Shown here piece by piece: positions 40,057 to 53,282 of a stretch of 64,000 bases of DNA. Under the pieces are notes generated by a model, which searched no databases, was not told where the DNA came from, and saw nothing but the letters and a program-made list of their open reading frames with translations. The translations under genes and the position numbers were made by a program. Source of the DNA: Candidatus Woesebacteria bacterium (GTDB lineage: Bacteria > Patescibacteriota > Microgenomatia > UBA8517); NCBI GenBank assembly GCA_013426185.1, contig CP058602.1:74231-138230 (forward strand), in the 5' to 3' direction. The first letter of the stretch is position 1; every line of letters begins with the position of its first letter.

Positions 40057-41007
40057 ATGCAAGATAACCTGCCTAAAAACAGCGAACTGTCGTCCAAGAT
40101 TTCTGCTTTTTTGGAGTATCTTGAGGTTGAAAAGGGCTCCTCTTCCCTAACGGTAAGAAACTATAGACATTATTTAACTCGCTTTTTGTTATGGCTTGAG
40201 AAACAAGGTCTTAAGCCGACTCTTCAAAGTATTAAGCCTGAAGTAATTCATAATTATCGTCTTTATCTTTCGCGCTTGGTTGATAAAGACGGCAGGACTT
40301 TATCCCGCAAGACCCAAGGCTATCATTCAATAGCGCTTCGCAGTTTTCTAAAATGGTGTTTGAAAAATGATCTTGAAGTTATGTCTCCTGAAAAGATTGA
40401 ATTGCCAAAAATTGCCGAAAGACAGGTGAAGTTTTTAACAGGAAAGGAGGTTGATAGGCTTTTAAACGCACCATCTTTGTCAACTATAGTCGGCAAGCGT
40501 GACAAGGCTATTTTGGAAGTTCTTTTTTCAACTGGTTTGCGTGTTTCTGAGCTTGTTTCTTTGAATCGTGATAATGTGGATATTAAAAGGCGTGAGTTTG
40601 GAGTGGTTGGTAAAGGCGGCCGTGCAAGAGTGGTCTTTCTTTCAAGTCGTGCCGCTTCTTATCTTGATGAATATCTTAAAGCAAGAGAAGATAGTTTTAA
40701 GCCGCTTTTTATTAGGCACAGTAGGAATTTGGCGCCCAATTTGAAAGATAACCAGATGAGGCTAACAGCTCGTTCTGTTCAGCGAATCTTGAAAAAATAT
40801 TCTCGCAAGGTTAAGTTGCCTTTTGATGCGACACCCCATGTTTTGCGTCATTCTTTTGCGACCGATCTTTTAATGGCAGGAGCTGATATTAGATCAGTTC
40901 AGGAAATGCTGGGGCATAAAAATATCCAGACGACTCAAATTTATACTCATGTAACCCACCGTCATCTAAAGGAGATTTACGATACCTATCACGGCCGCTC
41001 TAGTTAG
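40057..41007 (+). CDS. XerC/XerD-like tyrosine site-specific recombinase
   Basis: core-binding N-domain, catalytic R...HxxR...Y (HVLRHSF...IYTHV). Confidence 0.85.
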   Translation: MQDNLPKNSELSSKISAFLEYLEVEKGSSSLTVRNYRHYLTRFLLWLEKQGLKPTLQSIKPEVIHNYRLYLSRLVDKDGRTLSRKTQGYHSIALRSFLKWCLKNDLEVMSPEKIELPKIAERQVKFLTGKEVDRLLNAPSLSTIVGKRDKAILEVLFSTGLRVSELVSLNRDNVDIKRREFGVVGKGGRARVVFLSSRAASYLDEYLKAREDSFKPLFIRHSRNLAPNLKDNQMRLTARSVQRILKKYSRKVKLPFDATPHVLRHSFATDLLMAGADIRSVQEMLGHKNIQTTQIYTHVTHRHLKEIYDTYHGRSS

Positions 41008-43636
41008 TTTCTTCTTCTTTTTCGTCCTCAGTTATGTTTTTCTCAAGTGTGGCAACGCCTGCTACTGAGTCATCACTCTTGGCAAATCGCATTAGGATTA
41101 CTCCTTGGGTAGCTCGACCCATTTGGGGTATATTTTTAAGAGGCAACTTAATTATTTGTCCCATTGATGAAGTTATAACGACCTGGTCTATTTTTTCGGT
41201 TACGGTTGTCATCGCAGCAAGATTGCCTGTTTTTGGGGTAATTACGGCAGCTTTTACCCCCTTCCCTGCTCTTTTTTGAAGAGGGAAAAGGTCAATGGGT
41301 GTTCTTTTACCAATCCCTTTTTCAGAAACAGTTAGAATGTCTCTAAAGACTTTTCTTCTTTTATCTTTTATCTCAGGGCTTTTAGGATTGAAGACGTCCA
41401 TTCCTATAACTTCATCATCATCTGCAATCTTAATTCCTCTGACTCCTGATGTTGGCCTTCCCATTGCACGCAAGTCTTTTTCGCTAAACCTAATAGACAT
41501 ACCCTTTTTGGTAATAAGTAAGATATTGTCTTCTCCTGTAGTTTTGTCAACTCCGACAAGAGTGTCGTTTGGTTCAAGACGTATGGCAATGATGCCTGAG
41601 GCCCTCATATTCTTAAATGCCGATATTTCGGTCTTTTTTACAATTCCTTTTTTGGTTGCCATTACAAAGTATTTACCTATACCTTCCTTTACCGGAAGGA
41701 TTGACATAATTCTTTCGCCTTGTTCAATATTCAGGATGTTAACGATTGCCTGGCCTTTACTTATTCTGGAACTTTCGGGAATTTCCCAAACCTTGCTTCC
41801 ATAAACCTTGCCACGGTCGGTAAAGAATAGGAGATTGTCGTGCGTGGTGGCAGCAATGATGTGTTCAATTTCGTCCTCTTCTTTAACTGTCATTCCGCTT
41901 ATGCCTTTGCCACCTCGCCTTTGTGATTTAAAAGTGTTTCTTGGCACTCGCTTGATATAGCCTGTTTTGGTAATTGTTATTAGATTTTCTTCAAGAGGAA
42001 TTAGGTCTTCTTCTTTAAATTCGCCTATATCCTGCTTGAAAATGCGGGTTCTTCTTTCGTCTTGAAACTTTTCTTTCATCTCTTGAGTTTCTTTGGTGAT
42101 GATATCTATCACTTTTTGAGGGTCTTTGAGAATATTCGTCAACTCGTCAATTAATTTTTTAACTTCTTCATATTCTTTTTCTATCTTCTCTCGCTCAAGC
42201 GCGGCAAGGCGACGAAGTTGCATATCAAGAATCGCGTTTGCTTGAATTGCTGTTAAGCCAAACTTTTGCATCAAGTTATTTTTGGCGTCTTCTTGGGTTT
42301 TTGAGTTGCGTATTGTTTTTATAACTTCATCCAAATTATCAAGAGCAATCTTTAAGCCTTCTAAAATGTGGGCTCTCTTTTTGGCTGAAGTCAATTCAAA
42401 AATGGTTCTTCTTGTTACTACTTTTTGCCTGTGTTTAATATATTCGGTCAGAATTTGTTTCAAATTGACAAGATGTGGAGTGCCGTCAATTAAAGCTACG
42501 AAATTGGCAGGGAATGTTGTTTGCAATTTTGTGTGTTTGTAAAGATTATTAAGAACTGCTTTTGGTTTTGAGTCTCTTTTAAGATCAATTACTACTCGCA
42601 ATCCTTCTTTATCGGATTCATCTCTTAAGTTAGCGATACCGTTTATCTTTTTATCTTTGACAAGATCCGCAATATCTTTGACCAGTTGAGATTTATTAAC
42701 CTGGTATGGAATTTCGCTTATGACAATTTGAGGCTTACCCTTTTCCTCTTTAATTTCGGCGATGCCACGGACTACTATCTTGCCACGGCCTGTGGCATAG
42801 ACCTCTTTTAAGCTTTGGGCGTTGTAGATTGCGCCGCCTGTTGGAAAGTCAGGGCCGGGTATAATTTTGATAAGATCGTCAATAGTGATATCACTTTCAA
42901 AGCTAAGATTTTGAGGAGTTACTTCCTCCTCGGTTAATTTTTGAGCTTCACCTGACGCAACTAGATTTATTTTCTTGATAACAAATTCCGTTTCTTCTTT
43001 TTGTTTTTCCTGATCAAGAAGAACTACTCTTCCCTTCTTAATGGTTTCAACTATTGCGTCTGCTACTTCTTTTAAATTGTGAGGCGGAATTTTGGTGGCC
43101 ATACCCACCGCAATACCTTCTGAACCCATCAAAAGAAGATTTGGCAAGAGCGCTGGTAAGAATACAGGCTCTTTTAGGGTGGCGTCAAAATTGTCAACAA
43201 AGTCAACAGTATCTTTGTCGATATCAAAAAGCATATATGGAGCGTATTTTGAAAGACGAACCTCGGTATAACGCATAGCAGCAGGTGGATCGCCATCAAC
43301 TGAGCCAAAATTTCCCTGGCCTTGGACAAGCGGATAGCGCATTGAAAAATCTTGTGCTAGCCTTACTAAAGCATCGTAGACAGCCATATCGCCGTGAGGA
43401 TGGTATTTACCTAGTACTTCTCCGACCACTTTGGCTGATTTGCTGAATTGTTTTCCTGGCTCAAGGCCCATCAAATACATGGCGTAAAGAATTCTGCGGT
43501 GGACTGGTTTGAAGCCATCTCTGATATCAGGCAAGGCTCTTGCTACAATAACACTCATTGCATAATCAAGGTAGCTTTTGGAGAGTTCTGAGGTTATTTC
43601 AACTGTTTTGATTTTTCCAATATCCATTTTAGGCAA
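41000..43636 (-). CDS. gyrA: DNA gyrase subunit A
   Basis: AAMRYTE active-site region, 878 aa, C-term beta-pinwheel repeats. Confidence 0.9.
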   Translation of the reverse strand: MPKMDIGKIKTVEITSELSKSYLDYAMSVIVARALPDIRDGFKPVHRRILYAMYLMGLEPGKQFSKSAKVVGEVLGKYHPHGDMAVYDALVRLAQDFSMRYPLVQGQGNFGSVDGDPPAAMRYTEVRLSKYAPYMLFDIDKDTVDFVDNFDATLKEPVFLPALLPNLLLMGSEGIAVGMATKIPPHNLKEVADAIVETIKKGRVVLLDQEKQKEETEFVIKKINLVASGEAQKLTEEEVTPQNLSFESDITIDDLIKIIPGPDFPTGGAIYNAQSLKEVYATGRGKIVVRGIAEIKEEKGKPQIVISEIPYQVNKSQLVKDIADLVKDKKINGIANLRDESDKEGLRVVIDLKRDSKPKAVLNNLYKHTKLQTTFPANFVALIDGTPHLVNLKQILTEYIKHRQKVVTRRTIFELTSAKKRAHILEGLKIALDNLDEVIKTIRNSKTQEDAKNNLMQKFGLTAIQANAILDMQLRRLAALEREKIEKEYEEVKKLIDELTNILKDPQKVIDIITKETQEMKEKFQDERRTRIFKQDIGEFKEEDLIPLEENLITITKTGYIKRVPRNTFKSQRRGGKGISGMTVKEEDEIEHIIAATTHDNLLFFTDRGKVYGSKVWEIPESSRISKGQAIVNILNIEQGERIMSILPVKEGIGKYFVMATKKGIVKKTEISAFKNMRASGIIAIRLEPNDTLVGVDKTTGEDNILLITKKGMSIRFSEKDLRAMGRPTSGVRGIKIADDDEVIGMDVFNPKSPEIKDKRRKVFRDILTVSEKGIGKRTPIDLFPLQKRAGKGVKAAVITPKTGNLAAMTTVTEKIDQVVITSSMGQIIKLPLKNIPQMGRATQGVILMRFAKSDDSVAGVATLEKNITEDEKEEETN

Positions 43637-43679
43637 AAAAATAAGGCTATGTGAGCCTATCCAATTTTATCTTGAAGCA

Positions 43680-44260
43680 AGTTATAAAGCAAGAGGAATT
43701 CGGATATCGGATGTCAGACGTCGGACATCGGCTATCGGCTATCAGACTTCAGTTGTCGGCTATCGGAATTCAGTCGAAGCTGGCCGGAAGCTAGTATTTA
43801 GTATTTTGTATTATGTATTATGCAGGAGGGACGAGTAGAAAGTAGAATGTAGGAAGTAGTAAGGGTTTATAATTTCTACTGTATCCGTGTGCTAGTACAC
43901 GGACCAAACCCTTTAGGGGGCCAGCGGCTATTCTCTACTCTCTATTCTCTATTCTGTTTGTGATTTGAAAAATTAGATAATTGTGATTTGTTTAGAATTT
44001 AGATATTAGAATTTAGAATTTGTATCTTGTAATTTGGAATTTGTAATTTTCTCTTTTTTCTTTGTTCTATGTTCTTTGTTCTAACCTAGTAGGTAAAAGG
44101 CAAGAGTTAAAAGGTAAAAGGAATTCGAGTAGAAAGTAGAATGTAGTAAGTAGAAAGCAAAATTCTATAATCTATAATCCAAAATCCATAATCTAATCAT
44201 AAAGTTTTAGCTTTTGAGTTTTAAATTTTTAGTTAATTTGTTAACTATTGTATACTTATT
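43680..44260. repeat. mosaic intergenic repeat copy R11 (plus) carrying a ~100-bp unique insert (43862-43960)
   Basis: module sharing. Confidence 0.9.
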
Positions 44261-45043
44261 TTGATGAAAAGTTGGCTTATTTTGTTTTTTGTATTGTTTT
44301 TATCTTTAGGATTTGCCTTTTACAAATACACAAATTTTCAGTCTCGCCGAAATCTTCCCAAAATTGAGGAAACAAAAACTTTGGGGGCGAAGGAAGAAAA
44401 TAAAGCCTCGCGATTGTTAGAAATCCCCAATGCCCGCTATTATTTTGATTATTTTGAAGCTGATCCAGATAAACTTTTCCTTTTTGGTAATTTTGAAAAG
44501 GGAGAAAAAGCAGAGGATATTAAATTAAGATTTAATTGCCAAAATTTAACAAATGGAGGCTTTTATGATGATAAGTTTAAACCAATTGGTCTTTTCATAA
44601 GCGAATATGAAGAACTTTCTCCTTGGCAGAAAAATCAGCTTTTTAATGGTGTTTTTTCAATCAATATGTTTGGAACGCCAAGGATTACTCGGGAGCGTCC
44701 GCGTGATTCTTTGAGACTTGCTCTTCAAAGCGGTCCTCTTGTTTTTGAAAACGGAGGTAAAGTTGTTTTTAAAAGTAGTTCAGATCATTCTCGCCGTGTA
44801 GTGGTAGCAGTGACTGGTGAAAATAAACCCTTATTTTTGGTCTTTTACTCTATAAATAATTTCATTGAAGGTCCCACTCTTGATGAATTACCTGTTTTAA
44901 TTGAAAAAATTAATGCGGATCTTAAGCTTGGTATTGCCGATGCTCTTAATTTGGATGGTGGAAATGCTAGCGCCTTTTATTCGGATAATTTGATGGTTTC
45001 TGAAACAACTAGGGTTGGAAGCTTCTTTTGCGTGAAGAAATAG
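44261..45043 (+). CDS. hypothetical exported protein, possible phosphodiester glycosidase (NAGPA/DUF2233-like) domain
   Basis: N-term TM/signal; C-term NLDGGNASAF. Confidence 0.4.
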   Translation: MMKSWLILFFVLFLSLGFAFYKYTNFQSRRNLPKIEETKTLGAKEENKASRLLEIPNARYYFDYFEADPDKLFLFGNFEKGEKAEDIKLRFNCQNLTNGGFYDDKFKPIGLFISEYEELSPWQKNQLFNGVFSINMFGTPRITRERPRDSLRLALQSGPLVFENGGKVVFKSSSDHSRRVVVAVTGENKPLFLVFYSINNFIEGPTLDELPVLIEKINADLKLGIADALNLDGGNASAFYSDNLMVSETTRVGSFFCVKK

Positions 45044-45684
45044 TGGCCACACCATGCAACTTATATGGGTCGCTGAATATGGTCGTAGCTGTGGGGGCCG
45101 GTATCAATAATCACGTATCACGAAGCAAGTATCAAGAATGGGTAAAAGGCAAGAGACTACAGCTATCGGATATCAGACATCAGATTTCGGCCATCAGAAG
45201 TTAGTAGAAAGTAGAACGTAGTAAGTAGAAAGCATTAATAAATAGTTAAAAGTTAAAAGTTAAAAGAATTTGGATTTCAGCTATCAGTTGTCTGCTGTCG
45301 GAGTTAATTGTTATCTTAATTCATAAATCTTAAATCCTAAATCTAGATTCTATAATCTGTTTGTAATTTGTTTATTACTTGTATATTGTTTGTATATTGG
45401 AATTTGTAATTTGGAATTTGCCTGCCCTGAATCGAATTTATTCTGGTTCAGGGTTTAGAATTTGGAATTTTATTCTCTAATCTCTAATCTGTATTCTGTA
45501 ATCTAATTTTTGACTTTTGACTTTTGAGTTTTAAGTTTTGAGTTTTGAGTTTTGAATTATATTTTTGACTTTTGAGTTTTAAGTTTTGAGTTTTGAGTTT
45601 TGAATTATATTTTTGACTTTTGAGTTTTAAGTTTTAAGTTAACTTCTAATTTCCCTTTTGTTCTCTGTTCTTTGTTCTATTTTA
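45044..45684. repeat. mosaic intergenic repeat copy R12 (plus; tandem-duplicated AT-array; last module overlaps hppA 3' end)
   Basis: module sharing. Confidence 0.9.
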
Positions 45685-47897
45685 TGGCTTCTTGATATTC
45701 CCCAAGCTAGAATGAGAAGCATAAGTAAGCCGAACACAGTCAATTCAGATTTATTTTGATATTGAACAATAACAGGAGCAGCAATTAAGCTTATAAGGTT
45801 GACGACTTTAATCATCGGATTTAAAGCAGGACCTGCAGTGTCCTTGAGAGGGTCTCCAAAAGTGTCACCTTCTACACTTGCTTTGTGTGATGGTGACCCC
45901 TTCCCCCCCAAGTTGCCATCCTCAATGTATTTTTTGGCATTGTCTAATGCTCCTCCAGCAACAGCCATAAACACAGCCATTAATTGTCCTACCAAGATTA
46001 CTCCTGCTAAAAATGCACCTAAAGCTTCGACCTGAAATACTGCTCCGACAAAAAGAGGTAAGGAGATAGAGATGGCAACTAATGTTAAAAGTTCCCTTTG
46101 CGCAGCGCTTGTAGTGATGGCGACTACCTTGTCATATTCCGGTGATACTTTGCCTTCAAGAACCCCTTTTCTTGCGAATTGTTTTCTTACTTCTTCTACA
46201 ACTTTGTTTGCTGCTTTAGCTACTGCCTTGATTGAATAAGCAGAGAAAATAAAAGGCAATGACCCACCCAACAGTAGTCCGATTATTGTGTCAAGTTTTG
46301 AGATTGTTATTTTCTCAATAACCGTTAACCCCAGTCTTGCCTGGACAACGCCCACATCAGTCACATAAGAGAAAAATAGACTGGTGGCCGCTATTACTGC
46401 GGAAGCAATTGCCACTTGTTTAGTAATTGCTTTAGTGGTGTTGCCAGCGGCATCAAGATCAGCCATTATTTTCCATGCCTTTTTACCAACACCCGACATC
46501 TCACCGATCCCATTGGCATTATCTGCAATTGGTCCAAACGAGTCCATGGCAACATTATTACCAGTTAGAGAAAGCATTCCTATTCCGACCATGGCTACTC
46601 CATAGAGCATGTATATGGGAGCATGGCCCGCAAAGGATAATAGACTTATACCTATTGCGATGGCAATGGCTATAATGCTAAAAACGCTTGCCTCCATGCC
46701 AACTACCAATCCTGAAAGAATAGTGGTTGCTGTTCCTGATTTTGTGGAATCAGCTATTTCTCTAACAGGCTTGTAAGCTGATGAAGTAAAGTATGAAGTT
46801 AATGGATTAAATAAATAAGCTAGTAACACACCAGCTGTATTGAGCAGAGCCAGCCTCCATTCACCAGCGTAGTATAAAGCGAGAGCGAAAGAAAATGCGA
46901 TGACAAGAACGCTTGATAAAGCATAAGATCGAAACATTGCTTCTTCTGGGTTTTCTGTACGAATTAGTTTTGATTTCGCTTTGCCCCAGACAGGGACTAA
47001 CAAAGTTCCTACGATTGATGCTATAACACCTGATGCTCTTACAGCTAGTGGGTATATTATCCAGAAGCTATTTCCAGTTAGTTGAACCAGAACGAGACCT
47101 AAAATTAGTGAGGATACCATTGTCACTTCGTAAGATTCAAACACATCGGCGGCCATCCCAGCACAGTCTCCCACATTGTCGCCTACAAGGTCGGCTACTA
47201 CCCCTGCGTTTCTAGGATCGTCCTCGGGGAGGTTTTCTTCGATCTTTCCTACAAGATCGGCACCGACATCAGCGGCTTTCGTGTAAATACCTCCACCTAT
47301 TCTCATAAAAAGGGCAACTAAAGTCCCTCCAAGACCAAAACCCAGTAAAGCGTCTGGAGATGCTTTACCAAAAATGATAAATATCACAATTCCTCCCAGC
47401 AACCCCAATCCACTAGCGAGCATGCCCGTAAAGGTGCCTGCTTTGTGTGCGATGGCTAGTGCTTCGTTTGCCCTACCCAATTTAGCTTGGTTGGCGACTC
47501 TGACGTTACCTTCTATTGCAACTCTCATGCCCAGTTGGCCCACTAGAGTTGAGAAAGTGGCGCCGATTATGAAAGCTATCGTTCTGCCAATGGCTACAAC
47601 AGGCACCGCCTTGTCCCCAAAAATTTCAATAGATTCTTTGGATGGAGGCACTATATAAACACTTAGAAACAAAACTAAGGTCAATGCTAGTACCGAGATG
47701 ATAATTGTTTTTAGCTGTTTTCTTAAGTAACCTTCAGATCCTTCTTTGATAGCGGTCCACACTTTTACCATCTTGGCATTTCCTTTGGGAGAAGAAATAA
47801 CATTTTTCCAGAGCCATAGAGCGTACATGAGACTTACTAGAGAAGTTCCTAATACAAAGACAATTATGTTCTTTTCAATTAGAGATAGCTCGCTCAT
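45639..47897 (-). CDS. hppA: K+-insensitive/H+-translocating membrane pyrophosphatase
   Basis: GGIYTKAADVGADLVGK, DNVGDCAGMAADVFESY motifs, ~16 TM, 752 aa. Confidence 0.9.
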   Translation of the reverse strand: MSELSLIEKNIIVFVLGTSLVSLMYALWLWKNVISSPKGNAKMVKVWTAIKEGSEGYLRKQLKTIIISVLALTLVLFLSVYIVPPSKESIEIFGDKAVPVVAIGRTIAFIIGATFSTLVGQLGMRVAIEGNVRVANQAKLGRANEALAIAHKAGTFTGMLASGLGLLGGIVIFIIFGKASPDALLGFGLGGTLVALFMRIGGGIYTKAADVGADLVGKIEENLPEDDPRNAGVVADLVGDNVGDCAGMAADVFESYEVTMVSSLILGLVLVQLTGNSFWIIYPLAVRASGVIASIVGTLLVPVWGKAKSKLIRTENPEEAMFRSYALSSVLVIAFSFALALYYAGEWRLALLNTAGVLLAYLFNPLTSYFTSSAYKPVREIADSTKSGTATTILSGLVVGMEASVFSIIAIAIAIGISLLSFAGHAPIYMLYGVAMVGIGMLSLTGNNVAMDSFGPIADNANGIGEMSGVGKKAWKIMADLDAAGNTTKAITKQVAIASAVIAATSLFFSYVTDVGVVQARLGLTVIEKITISKLDTIIGLLLGGSLPFIFSAYSIKAVAKAANKVVEEVRKQFARKGVLEGKVSPEYDKVVAITTSAAQRELLTLVAISISLPLFVGAVFQVEALGAFLAGVILVGQLMAVFMAVAGGALDNAKKYIEDGNLGGKGSPSHKASVEGDTFGDPLKDTAGPALNPMIKVVNLISLIAAPVIVQYQNKSELTVFGLLMLLILAWGISRSHKIEQRTENKREIRS

Positions 47898-48457
47898 TTT
47901 TCAAAAAAAAACAAACTCGTCAACTGCGAGTCTTGAGTTATTCTAGGAATATGTGTTTTTTTTGTCAAGAAGGAAAATTAGTCGGAGCTGGCCGAAAGAC
48001 AATATTGTATCTAGTATCTTGTATTATGTATTATGCAGGAAATACAAGTAGAAAGTAGAAAGTAGTAAGTAGAAAGTAGAAAGCAAAATTAATAAATAGT
48101 TAAAAGTTCAAAGTTAAAAGTTGGAATTTTTTGTTTGTAATTTGGAATTTGTGATTTGTAATTTTCCCTTTGTTCTTTGTTCTAACCTAGTAGGTAAAAG
48201 GCAAGAGGTAAAAGGTAAAAGGAATTCGAGTAGAAATTAGAACGTAGTAAGTAGAAAGCAAAATTCTATAATCTATAATCTATAATCCAAAATCCATAAT
48301 CTAATCATAAAAAGTTTTAACTTTTGAGTTTTAAGTTTTTAGTTAATTTGTTAATTTGTTAACTGTTAATTGTTATATTGTAATTTGTATATTGTTTGTA
48401 TATTGGAATTTGGAACTTGGAATTTGTAATTTTATTCTTTGTTCTTTGTTCTAATTT
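47898..48457. repeat. mosaic intergenic repeat copy R13 (plus)
   Basis: module sharing. Confidence 0.9.
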
Positions 48458-50416
<1,959 letters not shown>

Positions 50417-50461
50417 CTAATTATAGCTTTAAATTGATCTTAAGTTAAGAGCAGGTTAATC

Positions 50462-51088
50462 CTAAAGGTTGATAACCATTCTTGTCAACTGGAGTTTGAC
50501 ATTTGCGTTTGATTTTATGGCCAAAAGAGCTTGATTTGCGTGTATAAGACAACGCGATATTTTAGTATCCCTTTCTTTTTGGTAAATGGATTTTTCGCAA
50601 AATTGAATTAATCCTTCTAGAAATTCTAACGCTTCTTCCCTCTTTTTAATTTTATCAACATAAAGAAGTTGCAGACCCTTTTTTTTGTTAAGGAAAGCTA
50701 AATATTCAGGATTAATATCTTTATTTTCTTCTCTTTTTGAAGTAAGTTTTATTATCTGGCATCTTGAGATAACAGTGGGTATAACACTTTTTATATTTCT
50801 TGTTGTTAGAATAAAAATTATATTTGGCCCTGGTTCTTCAATATTTTTTAGAATAGCGTTTAAGGCTGGGAGAGAGGCTTTTTCTACTTCTTTAATTATT
50901 ACTGCCAGTTTTTGCTGATGTGAGAGTTTGGTTAATTCTTTTAATTCTCGAGCATCTTCAATTGTCTTAAGTTTGAATTCAGAGACAATTGCTTGGTTTT
51001 TTTTTACAATCTCATTTATTTTTTCCTCAATTCTTTTTTTATCAGTAGAGGCAATGATAAACGAGTTCATAAGTGGAATATACAACAT
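50462..51088 (-). CDS. holB: DNA polymerase III delta'-like subunit (short)
   Basis: ALNAILKNIEEP and SRCQ motifs, no Walker A. Confidence 0.55.
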   Translation of the reverse strand: MLYIPLMNSFIIASTDKKRIEEKINEIVKKNQAIVSEFKLKTIEDARELKELTKLSHQQKLAVIIKEVEKASLPALNAILKNIEEPGPNIIFILTTRNIKSVIPTVISRCQIIKLTSKREENKDINPEYLAFLNKKKGLQLLYVDKIKKREEALEFLEGLIQFCEKSIYQKERDTKISRCLIHANQALLAIKSNANVKLQLTRMVINL

Positions 51089-51450
51089 ATAAATTACAAA
51101 TTACAAATCACAAATTACAATATACAGATTCTAAATTCTAATATCTAAATTCTAAATCCTGAACCAGAATAAATTCGGTTCAGGGCAGGCAAATTACAAA
51201 TTACAAACAAAAAATTCCAACTTTTAACTTTTAACTTTGAACTTTTAACTATTTATTAATTTTGCTTTCTACTTACTACGTTCTACTTTCTACTTATATT
51301 TCCTGCATAATACATAATACAAGATACTAGATACAATCTTTCGGTCGGCTTCGACTGAATTCCGATAGCCGACAACTGAAGTCTCACAGCTGATAGCCGA
51401 TCTCCGATATCTGACATCCGATCTCCGAATTCCTCTTGCCACTTTTGGAA
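51089..51450. repeat. mosaic intergenic repeat copy R14 (minus)
   Basis: module sharing. Confidence 0.9.
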
Positions 51451-51471
51451 AAATGGGTTAAATTATTATTG

Positions 51472-53235
51472 ATGACAACTTCTGCTCAAATATCAACTAA
51501 AGCTAATCAGATTAATAATCAGGATGCTACTCTATCGCTTACTTTGGCTGATATCTTAGTGAAGCAAGGGTCAATAACCGAGGATAAAGCTAAGGAGATC
51601 AAGTTAGCTGAAATTCAGACTGGCAAAAACCAAGAGGCAATTGTTAAGTCTTTAGGAATAGTTTCGCCTGCAGATCTAGCTAAAGCGAAAGCTGCCTTGT
51701 TTAATATTCCTTTTATAGATTTGGCTAATGCTCCTGTTTCTCCTGAAGCTATGGCAATTTTGCCCAAGGAAATTGCTGAAAGATTTAAGGTCTTTCCTCT
51801 TTCTATTGATAAAGTCTCCAAGACATTGGATTTAGCGATGGCTGATCCTCTTGATCTTTTTGCTATTGAATTTGTTGAGCAGAAAACTAATCTTCGGGTT
51901 AGACTATATGCTTGTGATGAAGCTAAACTTGAGGAATTTATCACTGTTCGTTATGCCACTTCTCTTTCAAAAGAAGTAACGGAAGCTTTGAAAGATGTAG
52001 CTCCTGAAGTCAAGGAGGGTGCAAATGGAATAGCAGGAACTAAAGTCGGTTTTATTAAGGACGAAAAGATAGCAGAGATTGTGACCCAAATTCTTGATTT
52101 TGCTGTTCGAGCTAGAGCTTCTGATATTCATATAGAACCTCAAGAAAAATCAACTAGGGTTCGTTACAGAATTGATGGAATACTACAGGAGAAATTGACG
52201 ATACCTAAGGCTTTGCACAAAGCTCTTGTCTCAAGGATTAAGATCCTTTCTGGATTGAAGATAGACGAGAAAAGGGTGCCTCAGGATGGTAGGTTTAATT
52301 TTATGGGGGCTTCTGAAGATGTTGATTTGCGTATCTCTACTTTACCTACAGCTTGGGGAGAAAAGGTGGTTATGAGGCTTCTTAAAAAAACTGGTGGGGT
52401 ACCAGAACTACCAGAACTTGGTTTAAGGGGTCTTGCTCTTAAAAATTTGGAAACGGCAATACTTAGGCCTCATGGCATTATTATTATTTGTGGTCCTACT
52501 GGTTCTGGTAAAACTACCACTCTTTACTCTATTATTTCAAAAATTAATACCCCTAAAGTTAATATTGTTACTTTGGAGGACCCGATTGAGTATAAGATTC
52601 CTGGAGTTAATCAGGTGCAGGTTAATCCAGCTGCTGGTTTGACTTTTGCTTCTGGTTTGAGAGCTTTTTTGCGGCAAGACCCGAATATTATTCTAGTTGG
52701 TGAGATTCGTGACCGCGAGACTGCTGATTTGGCTATTCAAGCGTCTTTAACAGGTCATCTTGTCTTTTCTACCTTGCATACTAATGATGCGTCAGGAGCT
52801 TTTCCTCGTCTTTTGGATATGGGTGCTGAGCCTTATCTTTTGGCTTCTTCTATGACGGCTATTTTAGCCCAGAGGGTGGTCAGGAAAATTCACGAGGATT
52901 GTAAAGAAGAATATACCCCTGACCCAAAGGTGATTGAGGATATGAAAAATGTTTTAGGCCCTCTTTGGAATAAAGGTGAAGGAGAAGTTAAACTTTATCA
53001 TGGTACTGGTGATCCTGAATGTGGAGGGTCAGGGTACTATGGTAGAATTGGTATTTTTGAGGTAATGCCTGTTTCTGAAAAAATCAGTCGACTTATTTTG
53101 GAGCATAAGTCTGCTAGCGATATTGAGAAGGTGGCGCGTGAAGAAGGGATGATAACCATGAAGCAGGATGGCTATCTGAAGGTTCTTGAGGGAATTACTA
53201 CCATAGAAGAAGTCTTAAGGGTAGCCCAAGACTAA
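51472..53235 (+). CDS. pilB: Type IV pilus assembly ATPase PilB/GspE
   Basis: T2SSE_N domain, Walker A GPTGSGKTTT, C4 Cys; listed ORF begins with TTG at 51436 inside the repeat, ATG at 51472 preferred. Confidence 0.85.
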   Translation: MTTSAQISTKANQINNQDATLSLTLADILVKQGSITEDKAKEIKLAEIQTGKNQEAIVKSLGIVSPADLAKAKAALFNIPFIDLANAPVSPEAMAILPKEIAERFKVFPLSIDKVSKTLDLAMADPLDLFAIEFVEQKTNLRVRLYACDEAKLEEFITVRYATSLSKEVTEALKDVAPEVKEGANGIAGTKVGFIKDEKIAEIVTQILDFAVRARASDIHIEPQEKSTRVRYRIDGILQEKLTIPKALHKALVSRIKILSGLKIDEKRVPQDGRFNFMGASEDVDLRISTLPTAWGEKVVMRLLKKTGGVPELPELGLRGLALKNLETAILRPHGIIIICGPTGSGKTTTLYSIISKINTPKVNIVTLEDPIEYKIPGVNQVQVNPAAGLTFASGLRAFLRQDPNIILVGEIRDRETADLAIQASLTGHLVFSTLHTNDASGAFPRLLDMGAEPYLLASSMTAILAQRVVRKIHEDCKEEYTPDPKVIEDMKNVLGPLWNKGEGEVKLYHGTGDPECGGSGYYGRIGIFEVMPVSEKISRLILEHKSASDIEKVAREEGMITMKQDGYLKVLEGITTIEEVLRVAQD

Positions 53236-53282
53236 TTGTTTTTTTCTTTTGTATGGTGTAATCTGAATTAAATTACTGCCCT

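Noticed and set aside
43862-43900. Cas12a-like crRNA repeat (taatttctactgt…)
   Set aside because: Single occurrence, no second repeat or spacer, and the 3' half does not form the UCUAC/GUAGA pseudoknot stem.
41034-47658. Antisense ORFs of 60-170 aa within gyrA, hppA, gyrB and other long genes (e.g. 41295-41804, 46384-46675, 47374-47658)
   Set aside because: They lie entirely opposite to well-supported long CDS and lack any recognisable motifs; typical shadow ORFs.
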